Shown here: positions 33,264-43,452 of the stretch, piece after piece | How positions within the stretch are numbered: position 1 is the first letter of the stretch | How the letters are laid out: the number at the start of each line of letters is the position of its first letter | Assembly (NCBI GenBank): GCA_044222845.1 | Contig: JBGAMO010000004.1 | Span: forward strand, 509 to 64,508 | DNA: 64,000 nucleotides | Origin: Phycisphaerales bacterium | Lineage (GTDB): Bacteria; Planctomycetota; Phycisphaerae; Phycisphaerales; UBA1924 | Direction of reading: 5' to 3' | The notes under the pieces: generated by a model | What the model was told of the DNA's origin: nothing | Seen by the model: only the letters and a program-made list of their open reading frames with translations | Databases searched by the model: none | Translations under genes and position numbers: made by a program

Positions 33264-34796
33264 CTACGCGTTCATGTCGCTCCAGCGTCTGGCCATGCGG
33301 CCGAAGACCCAGAGGCCGATGGTGGAGACCACGCCAACGAGGGCGAAGGGGATCCAGACGTAGTAGTGTGGGGAGTAGGTGTCCCAGAGCAACTGGATCG
33401 CGGCATCGGGGCCGAGGTTTGTGGTCTCCATGAGCTTGGCGAAGGCCTGGGGGCGGTCGACGCCCAAGAGGGCGTCGAGTTTGGCGGGGTCGTGGTTCCA
33501 GACCTTGCCTTCGCCGAGTTTGGTGTGCTGGAGCAGGTACTTCTGGGCGAGGACAGCGCGTTCGCCGAAGTGGCCGTAGAGGTAACCGGCGATCTTGGAG
33601 CCGATGAAAACGCCCACGCCCACGGGGATGTTGACGTACCCCAGGTACAGGCCCTTCTTGCCCGGGGGGGCGATGAGGGCGAGGTACTCGCTCTTCTTGG
33701 GACCGGTGGTCATTTCGCCCAGCGAGAAGCAGAGGATGCCCAGGAGCAGGAACCAGACGCTCATGGTCCAGCCGGCGATGAGGATGCCCATGGTGGCCAG
33801 GACCATGCCGAAGAGCATGGCGCTGAGGGTGCGCATCTTGCGGGTGAGCCAGGACATGCCGACGACGCCGACGATGATGCAGAAGGAGTTGAGGGAGAGC
33901 AGTACCTGCTGGGGGATCTGCAGGCCGCGGGGCGTTTCTTCGGTGACTTTGGTGAAGACTGCGTCGGGGAGCCAGCGGATGGAATCGACCAGGGGCGTGC
34001 TGTTGACCCAGTCGCGGATGAAGTTGGGGTGCAGGTCCCAGAGTTGGTACATCATCAGCCAGAAGCCGGACATGATGGCGAGCCAGGCGAGGAGGCGCGG
34101 CTCGGCGATGCTCACGACGGTGCGCTTGAGCACTCCGATCACCGACTCGCGCTTGTCGGCTCCGCTGGGGACATCCTTGAACGTGAAGAGCATCACGAGG
34201 TTGAGGGCGGTGAAGGCGGCGGAGGCGATGAAGAGGTTGCGCCAACTGGCAGCGGAGTGATCGCGCGTGAGGAGCAGGCCGGGGAGGTAGTGGCCGACGA
34301 ACGCGCCGACATTCACGACCCAGTAGAAGATGCCCCAGCCGACGGAGGAGTTGGACTTGTCGAGGTTCTGGGCGAGGGAGCCCTGGATGCTGGGCTTGAA
34401 GAAGGCGGTGCCCGTGGCCAGGACCATGATGGCGGTGAAGAGGGCCCAGAAGTTGCTGACGCCGGGGATGTCGCGCATGAAGGCGATCATGAGGTAGCCG
34501 ATCATCATGAGGACGATCGAGAAACCCAGCACCTTCTTGTAGCCGTAGCGGTCGGCGAAGCCGCCGGTGACGATGGGCAGGAGGCTCTGGAAGACGGCCC
34601 ACCAGGCGTAGATGGTGCCCTTGTTGGCGGCGGTCAGGTGCAGGCCGCCGGGGTCGTCGGCCTGCATGATGTAGATGGGGGCCATGACGCGCAGGTTGTA
34701 ATACGCGAGGCGCTCCCACATCTCGATGGTGTTGAGCATCCAGAAGGAGCTCGCGAAACGGGTCTTGGCCGGCGACGGGGTGGCGGGGTCGGGCAT
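33264..34796 (-). CDS. POT/PTR2-family peptide:proton symporter (MFS)
   Basis: Internal ATG 34796. FWMLNTIEMWERLAYYNLRVMAPIY and GGFADRYGYKKVL (POT signatures), with about 14 TM segments. Confidence 0.9.
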   Translation of the reverse strand: MPDPATPSPAKTRFASSFWMLNTIEMWERLAYYNLRVMAPIYIMQADDPGGLHLTAANKGTIYAWWAVFQSLLPIVTGGFADRYGYKKVLGFSIVLMMIGYLMIAFMRDIPGVSNFWALFTAIMVLATGTAFFKPSIQGSLAQNLDKSNSSVGWGIFYWVVNVGAFVGHYLPGLLLTRDHSAASWRNLFIASAAFTALNLVMLFTFKDVPSGADKRESVIGVLKRTVVSIAEPRLLAWLAIMSGFWLMMYQLWDLHPNFIRDWVNSTPLVDSIRWLPDAVFTKVTEETPRGLQIPQQVLLSLNSFCIIVGVVGMSWLTRKMRTLSAMLFGMVLATMGILIAGWTMSVWFLLLGILCFSLGEMTTGPKKSEYLALIAPPGKKGLYLGYVNIPVGVGVFIGSKIAGYLYGHFGERAVLAQKYLLQHTKLGEGKVWNHDPAKLDALLGVDRPQAFAKLMETTNLGPDAAIQLLWDTYSPHYYVWIPFALVGVVSTIGLWVFGRMARRWSDMNA

Positions 34797-34834
34797 TGGG
34801 CCCAGTGTAGCGGAATGGGGGCGGCGGGCCGGGC

Positions 34835-35776
34835 TCAGGGGGCCCAGCGGACCTGCGCGGTGACGGCCCAATGGTCGCTGGGGAACCTGCCCTCAAAGGT
34901 GCGACGGTCGATCGCGGCATCGAGGATTTGGGTGCCGCGGCGGACGAAGATGTAGTCGATCTTGTCGGGGCCGACGGACTTGCCGAAGCCCTGGAAGGTG
35001 CCGACGTTCTTTTCATCGGGGAACGTGGAACGGAAGGTGTCGACGAGTTTGGGCGATTCGACCGGGGTGGGGGCGGGGGGGGGGGTTGGGTCGTCGGCGG
35101 CGCGGGCGGCCTCGCCCTTGAGGTAGCGGATGGCGTTGCTGGATTCGCCGCAGTTGAAGTCGCCGGTCAGGATGACGGGGGCTGCACCGGCGTGCTCGGC
35201 GATGTGGCGGGCGATGGCTTGTGCGGACCGGCGGCGGGCGGGCTCGCTGCGGTGGTCGAGGTGGGTGTTGTAGACCCAGACGGAGCCGCCCTGGGCGATG
35301 GTGAACTTGGCGAAGGTGAAGATGCGGGGGATGTCGTTTCCCCAGGACTTGGAGCCGGGGGTGTCGGGCGTGTCGGAGAGCCAGCGGGTGCCGCGGGTGG
35401 CGGGATCGGGGTCGAGGGTGAGGCGGCCGGTGTGATAGAGGATGGGGGAAAACTCGCCGGCGTCCTTGCCGTCGTCGCGGCCGACGCCGAAGACGGCGAG
35501 TCGGCCCTTGGAGGATTCGACGATCTCATCAATCTGGAACCTCAGGGCTTCCTGGAGGCCGACGATGTCGTAGGGGTGCTCGTTCACGAGGCGGAAGACC
35601 AGGTCCTTGCGCTTGGGCCAGGCGTGGTCGCCATCGTCGGCGGTGCCGTAGCGGATGTTGAAGGTCATGATGCGCAGGTCTGTCGGCGGCGCGGCGGGGG
35701 GTGCTGGGTTTGTCGGGGGTTGGGTGCAGGCGGCGAGGAGAAGCACCAGCGGCAGAAGGTGGAGCGCGGCGAGCAT
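34835..35776 (-). CDS. endonuclease/exonuclease/phosphatase (EEP) family lipoprotein
   Basis: Lipobox LLLAAC. RIMTFNIRYG, IVGLQEA, NTHLDH, GDFN and SDHWAV are the EEP catalytic motifs. Confidence 0.85.
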   Translation of the reverse strand: MLAALHLLPLVLLLAACTQPPTNPAPPAAPPTDLRIMTFNIRYGTADDGDHAWPKRKDLVFRLVNEHPYDIVGLQEALRFQIDEIVESSKGRLAVFGVGRDDGKDAGEFSPILYHTGRLTLDPDPATRGTRWLSDTPDTPGSKSWGNDIPRIFTFAKFTIAQGGSVWVYNTHLDHRSEPARRRSAQAIARHIAEHAGAAPVILTGDFNCGESSNAIRYLKGEAARAADDPTPPPAPTPVESPKLVDTFRSTFPDEKNVGTFQGFGKSVGPDKIDYIFVRRGTQILDAAIDRRTFEGRFPSDHWAVTAQVRWAP

Positions 35777-35854
35777 GAAAGAGGTTATGGCTGGTGGCGT
35801 GAATCCCTAACGCGACGAACCGGTATGATTCACGGGACATCGAGGAGCCTTTGC

Positions 35855-36928
35855 ATGTTCAAGAGCCAGCGTTGGATTGCCGTTGTGGGTGGTGCGCTCA
35901 CGTTGGTCGCGGCGGGGCAGTCGCCCGCGCCCACGGCACCAGCGCCCGCGGCGCCTGCGCCCACCGCGCCCGCGCCGACAGCGCCGGCGGCCGGGCAGCC
36001 GGCGAAGGTGCCGGAGGTTCCGGACCAAGCGATGAAAGAGGAAGATCTCGGCAGACTCATCGAGGCGGAGCAGCCCGCGCTGGAGGCCCGCTTGGCACGC
36101 ATCGAGGCGGAGGTGGCGGCGCAGGCCAAGGACGCCCCGGAGTGGTTCAAGGAGTGGGCGGGCAGGTATTACACGGGCGACGGGATGGGCATGAACGTGA
36201 TTATTGATTTGGCTCCCAAGGCCGGGTTGACGTACATATGGAGAGGATGCACGGGCCTGTACGACGCCAACCACGGCGATGTGGTCGAGTCGTTCCCGGG
36301 CGGCATCAAGGTGAAACTCGCGATCCGACCCGCCGCGAGCCGTTACCGGTTCATGAGCGAGACGCTGTACTTCGTCCGGTGGGGGCCGCGGCGGTATTTG
36401 GTGCCGGGGTCGCAGATGATGAAACTCGTCAACAACTACAACGAGGGAGGCTATTCACGCGAGCGTATGAGGAACATTCCGCGGCGGATCGAAAGTGATG
36501 GTGATTATGTTCCACGACTTGAGCCCGAGCCGGAGGGCGTGCCGGAACTGCCGCCCGAGTTTTCGAAGTTGCTGCTCACCAAGCCGCTGGCGCTCAGTGT
36601 GACCAAGGTCACGGCGGAGCCGGTCCACACGGTGACGGGAGCGGTCGAATGCCTGGGCGCTGAGATTGAGTTCAGCGGCGGGCAGGAGATTGGGGTCGCC
36701 AAGGGGATGACGTTTCATTGGGGGTCTTTGCTGGGTCGGGGGACCATCTTCATCACGCGGGTAGATGCAAAGACGTGCACGGGGAGGTTTATGGCCTTCG
36801 GCCATGCGGAGGAACTGCGGACGCCGCCGGTGGGCGCGGTGGTGAGGCTGCCGGAGCCGCCGTTGGAACTGCCGGGACAGCCGAAACAGCCAGGACAACC
36901 GGGGCTGGGCGCGCCGGCGGGCAAGTGA
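35855..36928 (+). CDS. secreted hypothetical protein with Pro/Ala/Thr-rich linker
   Basis: ATG 35855 follows gaggag. Signal-like MFKSQRWIAVVGGALTLVAAGQS, then (APT/APA) repeats. I recognise no family. GC3 is high throughout. Confidence 0.6.
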   Translation: MFKSQRWIAVVGGALTLVAAGQSPAPTAPAPAAPAPTAPAPTAPAAGQPAKVPEVPDQAMKEEDLGRLIEAEQPALEARLARIEAEVAAQAKDAPEWFKEWAGRYYTGDGMGMNVIIDLAPKAGLTYIWRGCTGLYDANHGDVVESFPGGIKVKLAIRPAASRYRFMSETLYFVRWGPRRYLVPGSQMMKLVNNYNEGGYSRERMRNIPRRIESDGDYVPRLEPEPEGVPELPPEFSKLLLTKPLALSVTKVTAEPVHTVTGAVECLGAEIEFSGGQEIGVAKGMTFHWGSLLGRGTIFITRVDAKTCTGRFMAFGHAEELRTPPVGAVVRLPEPPLELPGQPKQPGQPGLGAPAGK

Positions 36929-37320
36929 ACTCGGCGGGGCCCCGCGCTGGTTGGTGAATGCAGGGAATAGGTCGCCGCGGTTCGTTATCGAACCACGTTT
37001 GGCGCGATCGCGGGGGATCGCGGCGCGGCGGAGGCGGCGTTACGGGGACGCAGGCCGGGGCCGCGGGAACGCTGTGGGTTGGCACGATCGGCGTGGCGTC
37101 GCAGCCGCGGTCGGCTTCGATCTGCCCGTTGGGCACGCAGGACAATTCGGTAGAGTCCGCCGGGACGGTGACTTCGTGGCAGTGGCAGTGGCGCTTCCAG
37201 GGCGCGGCCCCCTGGAACGGCAAAATCTACAATGGCGGCGGGAAACGGACTTTTTACCGCGTTGCACCACCCATCGCCGATACTCCCGCCGTGATCGCAC
37301 CCTTGCTCAACGCACCGGCC

Positions 37321-38211
37321 ATGCAGTATGAACGCCACGCCGCGATCCCCACCTGGTTCAAGGTCGGGGGCGGCGCGGATCGGTTTGCGCGCGTGAGCGA
37401 CAGCGGGCAACTGCTGGTGTGCCTGCGGGATGATCCGGACCTGCTGATCCTGGGCGACGGGGCGAACCTGCTGGTGGATGATGACGGCGTGGACCGGCTA
37501 GTGGTATCGCTGGCGGGGCTCAACGAGTGCCGGTGGGACATTTCGACGGGGCTGCTGACGGTGGGGGCGGGCGTGAACCTGCCGAAACTGATCACACAGA
37601 CGGTGCGGGATGGGTTGGGCGGGCTGGAGGTGCTGGCGGGGATCCCGGCGACGGTGGGCGGGGCGCTGGTGATGAACGCCGGGGGAGCGTTCGGGCAGAT
37701 CGCGGATGTGGTGCACCGGGTCTTCGCGGTGTCGCGGGAGGGGCGGGAGATCGCGCTCTCGCGGGCGGAGATTCCGTATTCATACCGGCACAGCGGGCTG
37801 GGTGGTCTGATCATCACCGGGGCGGAGCTGCGGCTGACGCTGGGGGACCCGGCGGCGCTGCGGGAGCGGCTCAAGGAAGTGATGGCGTACAAGAAGAAGA
37901 GCCAGCCGATGGGGGACAACTCGGCGGGGTGCTGCTTCAAGAACCCCACGCTGGGCACGGATGTGGCGGGGATCGGCGCGGCGGGGCAGCGGGTGTCGGC
38001 GGGGATGGTGATCGACAAGGCCGGGTGCAAGGGGATGCGGATCCGCACCGCCGAGGTGAGCGAGGTTCACGGCAACTTCCTGACGGCGGATGAGGGGGGC
38101 AAGGCGCGGGATGTGATCGAGTTGATGGAGGCGGTGGAGAAGCGGGTGATGGAGCGGTTCGGGATGAGGTTGGAGCGGGAGGTGGTGGTGTGGCGGCGGG
38201 GGATGAGGTAA
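37321..38211 (+). CDS. murB: UDP-N-acetylenolpyruvoylglucosamine reductase
   Basis: Internal ATG 37321. WFKVGGGADRF, ILGDGANLLV, AGIPATVGGALVMNAGG, YRHS and GCCFKNP. Confidence 0.85.
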   Translation: MQYERHAAIPTWFKVGGGADRFARVSDSGQLLVCLRDDPDLLILGDGANLLVDDDGVDRLVVSLAGLNECRWDISTGLLTVGAGVNLPKLITQTVRDGLGGLEVLAGIPATVGGALVMNAGGAFGQIADVVHRVFAVSREGREIALSRAEIPYSYRHSGLGGLIITGAELRLTLGDPAALRERLKEVMAYKKKSQPMGDNSAGCCFKNPTLGTDVAGIGAAGQRVSAGMVIDKAGCKGMRIRTAEVSEVHGNFLTADEGGKARDVIELMEAVEKRVMERFGMRLEREVVVWRRGMR

Positions 38212-38223
38212 CACGGGCGCGGG

Positions 38224-39852
38224 ATGGAACTGACTTTCGATCAACTGCAACAGTTGCTTCACTTGCCAGAAAGCGAACATCTGGAGTTCAAGGAAGCCAA
38301 GCGTGATTTCAGCTTCGACCGGCTGCTTTGTTACGGCGCGGCCTTGGCGAACGAGGGGGGAGGCACGCTCGTTCTTGGTGTTGGAGATCGCCGACCCCGC
38401 AAAGTGCTTGGATCAGCGGCGTTCCAGGATCTCGTCAAGACGCGGGCCAACCTCACTCGGGAGCTGCAGTTGCGGGTCGAGGCGTGCGAGATGGATCACG
38501 CAGATGGCCGGGTGGTCATTTTCAAGTTTCCGCCAAGACCGATCGGGCGGCCGATCAGGATCAAGGGGGTGTACTGGACACGTCGGGGCGAAGAGCTGAC
38601 GGCCATGACCGAGGATGCGTTACACGAAGCATTGATGGAGGCGTGCACCGATTTCTCGGCATTGCCGTGTCGTGGCGCAACGGACCAAGACCTTTCGCCG
38701 TCGGCGATCGCGGCATTTCGGGCCGCGTGGCACCGAAAGACGGACAATTCGACGATCGCGACCGCGCCGGTTCGGCAACTTCTTCGTGACGCGGAACTTC
38801 TGGCGGATGGCGTGCCCAACTTTGCGGCGTTGGTCGTCATGGGCAAAGGCGAGTCGCTGGGCAGGCTGCTGCCACAGGTCGAGTTCGTGTACGAGTATCG
38901 GTCGAATGAAAGTTCGATTTCGTACCAGCAACGGCAGGAGTTCCGCGATGGATTTCTGAACTTTGCGGACACGATCTGGAACCTGATCAACCTTCGGAAC
39001 GACATACAGCAGGTACGGGACGGGTTGTACATGAGTGACATCCGCACCTTCAATGAAGTGGTGGTGCGAGAGTGCCTTCTGAACGCCATGTGCCACCGTG
39101 ATTACCAGTCACCCGGGTCGGTGTTCGTACGTCAGTATCCCCAACGGCTGGACATCGTGAGCCCGGGAGGGTTGCCCAAGGGGATTACACCGGAGAACAT
39201 CGTGTTCCGGCAGTCTCCCAGAAATCGGCGTATCGCCGAAACACTGGCGCGATGCGGATTGGTCGAGCGCTCGGGGCAAGGCGCCGACCGAGTTTTTTCG
39301 GAGACGATCCGCGAGGGCAAGGCGGTCCCGGACTTCGCGAACACCGACGCCCAACAGGTTTCAATTTCGCTGCGCGGAGAAGTGACCGATCCGGTCTTCG
39401 TTCATTTCCTTCGTCGTTTGCAGGAAATGCGCGGCGAGGCGCTCTCGGCCAATGACTACATGGCGCTCGATTTGCTCCGTCGGAATCAACAGTTACCCCC
39501 GGAGCTACAGCAAAGCCTGCCTAGGCTCTCGCGATGCGGCGCGATAGAAGCGATTGGCCGCGGCAAGGGCACACGGTACATTTTGGCCAAGGACCTTTAC
39601 CGGGCGCTGGGCAATCCCGGTGCGTACACGCGTGAACGCGGACTGGATCATGAAACGCAGAAACAACTCCTGCTCAAACACATCCGCGACAATGCGGAGT
39701 ATGGCAGTCCACTGCGGGAGTTGCAGCAAGTGCTTCCGCACGTTGGCCGACGTTCGGTTCAACGTCTGGTGGCCGAGCTTCGGGACGAAGGGTTCATTAC
39801 GGTGCGCGGTAAGACCAATACGGCCATGTGGCTACCAAAGGAAGATCGCTGA
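38224..39852 (+). CDS. AlbA_2/Schlafen-type DNA-binding domain protein with ATPase-like and wHTH C-terminal parts
   Basis: LPESEHLEFKEAKRDFSFDRLLCYGAALANEGGGTLVLGV (AlbA_2 signature), NAMCHRDYQSPGSVFVRQYPQRLDIVSPGGLP (HATPase_c_4-like), and a C-terminal wHTH-like SVQRLVAELRDEGFI. GC is lower than in murB and ddl. Confidence 0.75.
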   Translation: MELTFDQLQQLLHLPESEHLEFKEAKRDFSFDRLLCYGAALANEGGGTLVLGVGDRRPRKVLGSAAFQDLVKTRANLTRELQLRVEACEMDHADGRVVIFKFPPRPIGRPIRIKGVYWTRRGEELTAMTEDALHEALMEACTDFSALPCRGATDQDLSPSAIAAFRAAWHRKTDNSTIATAPVRQLLRDAELLADGVPNFAALVVMGKGESLGRLLPQVEFVYEYRSNESSISYQQRQEFRDGFLNFADTIWNLINLRNDIQQVRDGLYMSDIRTFNEVVVRECLLNAMCHRDYQSPGSVFVRQYPQRLDIVSPGGLPKGITPENIVFRQSPRNRRIAETLARCGLVERSGQGADRVFSETIREGKAVPDFANTDAQQVSISLRGEVTDPVFVHFLRRLQEMRGEALSANDYMALDLLRRNQQLPPELQQSLPRLSRCGAIEAIGRGKGTRYILAKDLYRALGNPGAYTRERGLDHETQKQLLLKHIRDNAEYGSPLRELQQVLPHVGRRSVQRLVAELRDEGFITVRGKTNTAMWLPKEDR

Positions 39853-39880
39853 CGCCCCGGTCACATACCAAACAGGCTGT

Positions 39881-39920
39881 CGCAAGTTGGCGCGAGTTGG
39901 CGCAAGTTGGCGCAAGTTGG
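39881..39920 (+). repeat. 4 x 10-bp perfect-phase tandem repeat CGCRAGTTGG
   Basis: cgcaagttgg cgcgagttgg cgcaagttgg cgcaagttgg, read directly from the sequence. It lies 29 nt after the 38224-39852 stop and 139 nt before the ddl start. Confidence 0.9.
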
Positions 39921-40058
39921 CCGACGAACAGAACTCTGATGGGAGCCGACAAACAGTCTTGAATTGCCGAAGATGACCACTGATGGTGAGCATGGTTCGA
40001 AGACCAAGCGACGAATACTGAGTTGTCGCAAGATCACCCTGAATTGCTGAACACACCC

Positions 40059-40970
40059 ATGTCCACGCTTCCTCCCATACTTGTGCTCGGCGGCGGCCCT
40101 GATTCCGAGCGCGAAGTCAGTCTGATGAGTTCCAAGGCGGTGGCCGACGCCCTGTTTGAGCGCGGGCGGACCGTGCACTACAAGGTGATCGACCGGGTGA
40201 CTGGTCCGGAGTTGGCGGCGATGCCGGGGAAGGTGATCTTTCCGGTGCTGCACGGGGGGTGGGGCGAGGGGGGGCCGCTGCAGGACCTGATGGTGGCCGA
40301 TGGGCGGCCGTTCGTCGGGTGCGGGCCGCGGGCGGCCCGGCTGGCGATGGACAAGATGGCGATCAAGCTGGTGGCGGCGGGGTTGGGGGTGCCGACGGCG
40401 GAAGCGGTGATCGTGAACCCGGTGGACCCGGGCCTGCCGATACCGGCGCCGGCGGTGTTCAAGCCGGTGCACGAGGGGAGCAGCGTGGGGCTGCACGTGT
40501 GCCGCGACGCCGGGAAGTTGGCGGAGGCGCACCGGGCGGTGCTGGCGGATATCAAGGAGCATCCGGCGCGGGTGTACATGCTGGAGCGCGCGATTCTGGG
40601 CGGGCGGGAACTGACGGTGCCGGTGCTGGGGGGCAAGGCGCTGGACCCGATCGAGATCCGGCCGGCCGAGGGCGTGTACGACTACCAGGCCAAGTACTTC
40701 CGCAACGACACGAAGTACGACGTGGCGCCGACGCTGCCCGGGAACACGACGGCGACGATCCAGCGTCAGGCGGTGGCGGTGTTCGAGGCGATCGGGGCGC
40801 GGCACCTGGCGCGGGTGGACTTCATTCTGGGGGCCGATGGGGTGGCGTACCTGCTGGAGGTGAACACCATGCCGGGGTTCACAAGCCACTCCCTGGTGCC
40901 CAAGGCGGCGGCGCACGTGGGGGTGGATTTTGGGACGCTGTGCGAGCGGTTGGTGATGATGGCGCTGTAG
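40059..40970 (+). CDS. ddl: D-alanine--D-alanine ligase
   Basis: ILVLGGGPDSEREVSLMSSKAV, FPVLHGGWGEGG, FKPVHEGSSVG and LEVNTMPGFTSHS. Confidence 0.9.
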   Translation: MSTLPPILVLGGGPDSEREVSLMSSKAVADALFERGRTVHYKVIDRVTGPELAAMPGKVIFPVLHGGWGEGGPLQDLMVADGRPFVGCGPRAARLAMDKMAIKLVAAGLGVPTAEAVIVNPVDPGLPIPAPAVFKPVHEGSSVGLHVCRDAGKLAEAHRAVLADIKEHPARVYMLERAILGGRELTVPVLGGKALDPIEIRPAEGVYDYQAKYFRNDTKYDVAPTLPGNTTATIQRQAVAVFEAIGARHLARVDFILGADGVAYLLEVNTMPGFTSHSLVPKAAAHVGVDFGTLCERLVMMAL

Positions 40971-41037
40971 GGCACGGGGATAACATCTGTGGTGCAAGGG
41001 GTGGTGCGGGTGTGTTGTCACCTGCAAGGGAGTCGAT

Positions 41038-43452
41038 ATGCGCCATCAGCGGATCATCGCGGCGGCGTTCTTGCTGCTTCCGAGTGCGGCGAGCGGGCGG
41101 CAGTGCGCGAGTTGGGAGCGGGTGTTCGAAACGCCGTACCCGAATATTGTGAACGCGGGTTTCGGGTTCGATCCGACGCGCGGGGTGCTGCTGCTGTACG
41201 GCGGGGGGACCGGCACGCTGCCGATGAATGAAACCTGGGAATGGGATGGGGCCCGGTGGGCGGTGCGCGATTCCGGGGCGCCGTCACCGCCGCCGCTCAG
41301 AACACCGTCGATGCGGTTTCACCCGATGCGCGGTCGGATGTGGCTCGATGGCGGCATCGCGCCCACGACCCTGCCGGCGAACCAGCCCCGCAACGGGCTG
41401 TGGGAGTTTGATCCCGCCGCGGGCTGGGCACCGGTGGCAGCGCCGTCGGCGGTGCAGGATGGGTCCCGGTGCACGCAGCACGTGCTGATGTACTCGCACG
41501 CCATCGGCCAGATGCTGTACTACCCGTCGGACCAGTGCACGAACTCGACGCAGGTGTTCATGCTGCTGCCCAACGGCACGGTGGCCCCCATCCCGCGGTC
41601 GGCGAACAGCCCCGAGGTGGTCCCGCTGAGCAACGCGTATTGGATCGAATCGTCGGACATGGGGCCGCAGACGACGGTGGCCTGGGGCCGGGGCCGGTTT
41701 GACGAGACATTTCTGGGCACCTTTTACGCCAATCCGAGCGCCAGCATGGGAGTGGGGATCAAATGGCGGTACGCGCCGATCCCGTACCCGGGCCGCCCGG
41801 CTCCGGACCGCATGGCCTCGCCCCCTGTGTTCGACGAGGCCCGCCGCACGATCGTCGTGCTCGTGTGGAACTCCACGAGCACCGAAGCGCAGTTGTACGA
41901 ACTCGCCCTGGGCACATTCACGTGGACGCGAATCCCCGCCGCGGAGCCGTGGCCCCTGCGGACGCGACGCATGGAGATCGGGTACTACGACCCGGGACGG
42001 CGCGCGGTGACGTTCATTCAATCCGACGCCGATCCGGAGGCGGGGCCGCACGCCTGGAGTTGGGACGGCGCGGCCTGGACGGCGGCGGGCACGAGCCCGA
42101 ACACCCCTGCGCGCCGGCTTTGGAGCTCCGTGGTGGCGGACACGCTCAACGGACGGTTGATCATGTTCGGCGGGCGCGGCAACACGACGGATGCCCCCAC
42201 CAACACCTGGGCGTGGAACGGGGCGGCGTGGACGGTGGTGGGGAACGGCGGCCCGTCGCCGCGCTATCTGCACGGCATGGTGTACGACGCGGCGCGCGAT
42301 GAGGTGCTGCTGTACGGCGGACGGAACACCACGGGCCCGCTCTCCGTTGGGGAGACGTGGGTGTTCCGCGAGGGGGTGTGGACTCGACGACCGAACGGGG
42401 CTCCGGGCATGATTTCACGACGCGGGCACGCAATGGTGTACGACGCGGCACGGGGCAAGACCGTGGTCTTCGGCGGGCGAGATTCCAACAACGCGCCGAT
42501 GAACGACACCTGGGAATGGAACGGCGCGGCCTGGACGCGGGTCGCTGCGGGGGGCCCCGAAGCCCGGGCGTATGCATCCATAACGTACGACACGCGGCGC
42601 GGCGTGGCGGTATTGTTCGGCGGCACCACGGCCACCGGCTCGCTCGGCGACACATGGGAATACAGCGCCGGATCCTGGCGACGGGTGGCGACGTCGGGCC
42701 CGGCCCCTCGCGTCTACTCGGCGATGGCGTACGACCCGAGCCGGGGCGTCTGTGTCCTTGCTGGCGGCTGCCGTTCCATCGATTCGAATCCTGCGCCGGT
42801 GCCGATGAGCGATACGTGGCAATGGGACGGCGTGTCGTGGCGACGCCTCGCCGACAGCGGCTTCGGGATCAGATTCGGCGCGGCCCTTGTGTATGACCCG
42901 GTATCGGGTCGTCCGTTGATGTACGGCGGAGACCACGCGGCGGAGTACGGCAGTTCCGACGGCTTGGGCATGCCGTACGGCGATCTGGTGGCCCTGAACC
43001 GCGCGGGACCGCCGCCGCGGATCAGCACGCCGCTGACGGATGCTCGGGTTTCGCCGGGCGGAGCGATTGCGTTCACGGCGACAGCGGAGCACGCCGCGAG
43101 TGCCACCGTGACCTGGCTCCATAACGGCGTGGTCATCGCGGACGATGGGCGGGTGCAAGGGCAGGGGACGCCCACGCTTGTGGTGTCGAGCATCGGGCTT
43201 GAGGACGAAGGGGCCTATCGCGTGGTCGTTACCAGCGACTGCGGTTCGGACTTTGCTGATGCGTCGATCCTGATCGACCGGCCGTGCGCCGCGGACTTCA
43301 ACCTGGACGGCGGCGTGGACGGGCGGGATATCGAGCGGTTCGTGGCGATGTGGGAACGTGCCGACCCGGTGGCGGACGTGGACGGCAACGGCGGGTGCGA
43401 CGGGGAGGACGTGGCCGAGTTCTTCCGGCGATGGGAGGCCGGAGGGTGCTGA
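41038..43452 (+). CDS. Kelch/galactose-oxidase-like beta-propeller surface protein with Ig-like domain and GC-type dockerin-like C-terminus
   Basis: Signal peptide MRHQRIIAAAFLLLPSAASG. More than ten repeats of the type (N/S)DTWEW(N/D)G.AW. An Ig-like segment TVTWLHNGVVIADDGRVQGQGTPTLVVSSIGLEDEGAYRVVV. The C-terminus reads DFNLDGGVDGRDIERFVAMWE...DVDGNGGCDGEDVAEFFRRWEAGGC*. Confidence 0.8.
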   Translation: MRHQRIIAAAFLLLPSAASGRQCASWERVFETPYPNIVNAGFGFDPTRGVLLLYGGGTGTLPMNETWEWDGARWAVRDSGAPSPPPLRTPSMRFHPMRGRMWLDGGIAPTTLPANQPRNGLWEFDPAAGWAPVAAPSAVQDGSRCTQHVLMYSHAIGQMLYYPSDQCTNSTQVFMLLPNGTVAPIPRSANSPEVVPLSNAYWIESSDMGPQTTVAWGRGRFDETFLGTFYANPSASMGVGIKWRYAPIPYPGRPAPDRMASPPVFDEARRTIVVLVWNSTSTEAQLYELALGTFTWTRIPAAEPWPLRTRRMEIGYYDPGRRAVTFIQSDADPEAGPHAWSWDGAAWTAAGTSPNTPARRLWSSVVADTLNGRLIMFGGRGNTTDAPTNTWAWNGAAWTVVGNGGPSPRYLHGMVYDAARDEVLLYGGRNTTGPLSVGETWVFREGVWTRRPNGAPGMISRRGHAMVYDAARGKTVVFGGRDSNNAPMNDTWEWNGAAWTRVAAGGPEARAYASITYDTRRGVAVLFGGTTATGSLGDTWEYSAGSWRRVATSGPAPRVYSAMAYDPSRGVCVLAGGCRSIDSNPAPVPMSDTWQWDGVSWRRLADSGFGIRFGAALVYDPVSGRPLMYGGDHAAEYGSSDGLGMPYGDLVALNRAGPPPRISTPLTDARVSPGGAIAFTATAEHAASATVTWLHNGVVIADDGRVQGQGTPTLVVSSIGLEDEGAYRVVVTSDCGSDFADASILIDRPCAADFNLDGGVDGRDIERFVAMWERADPVADVDGNGGCDGEDVAEFFRRWEAGGC

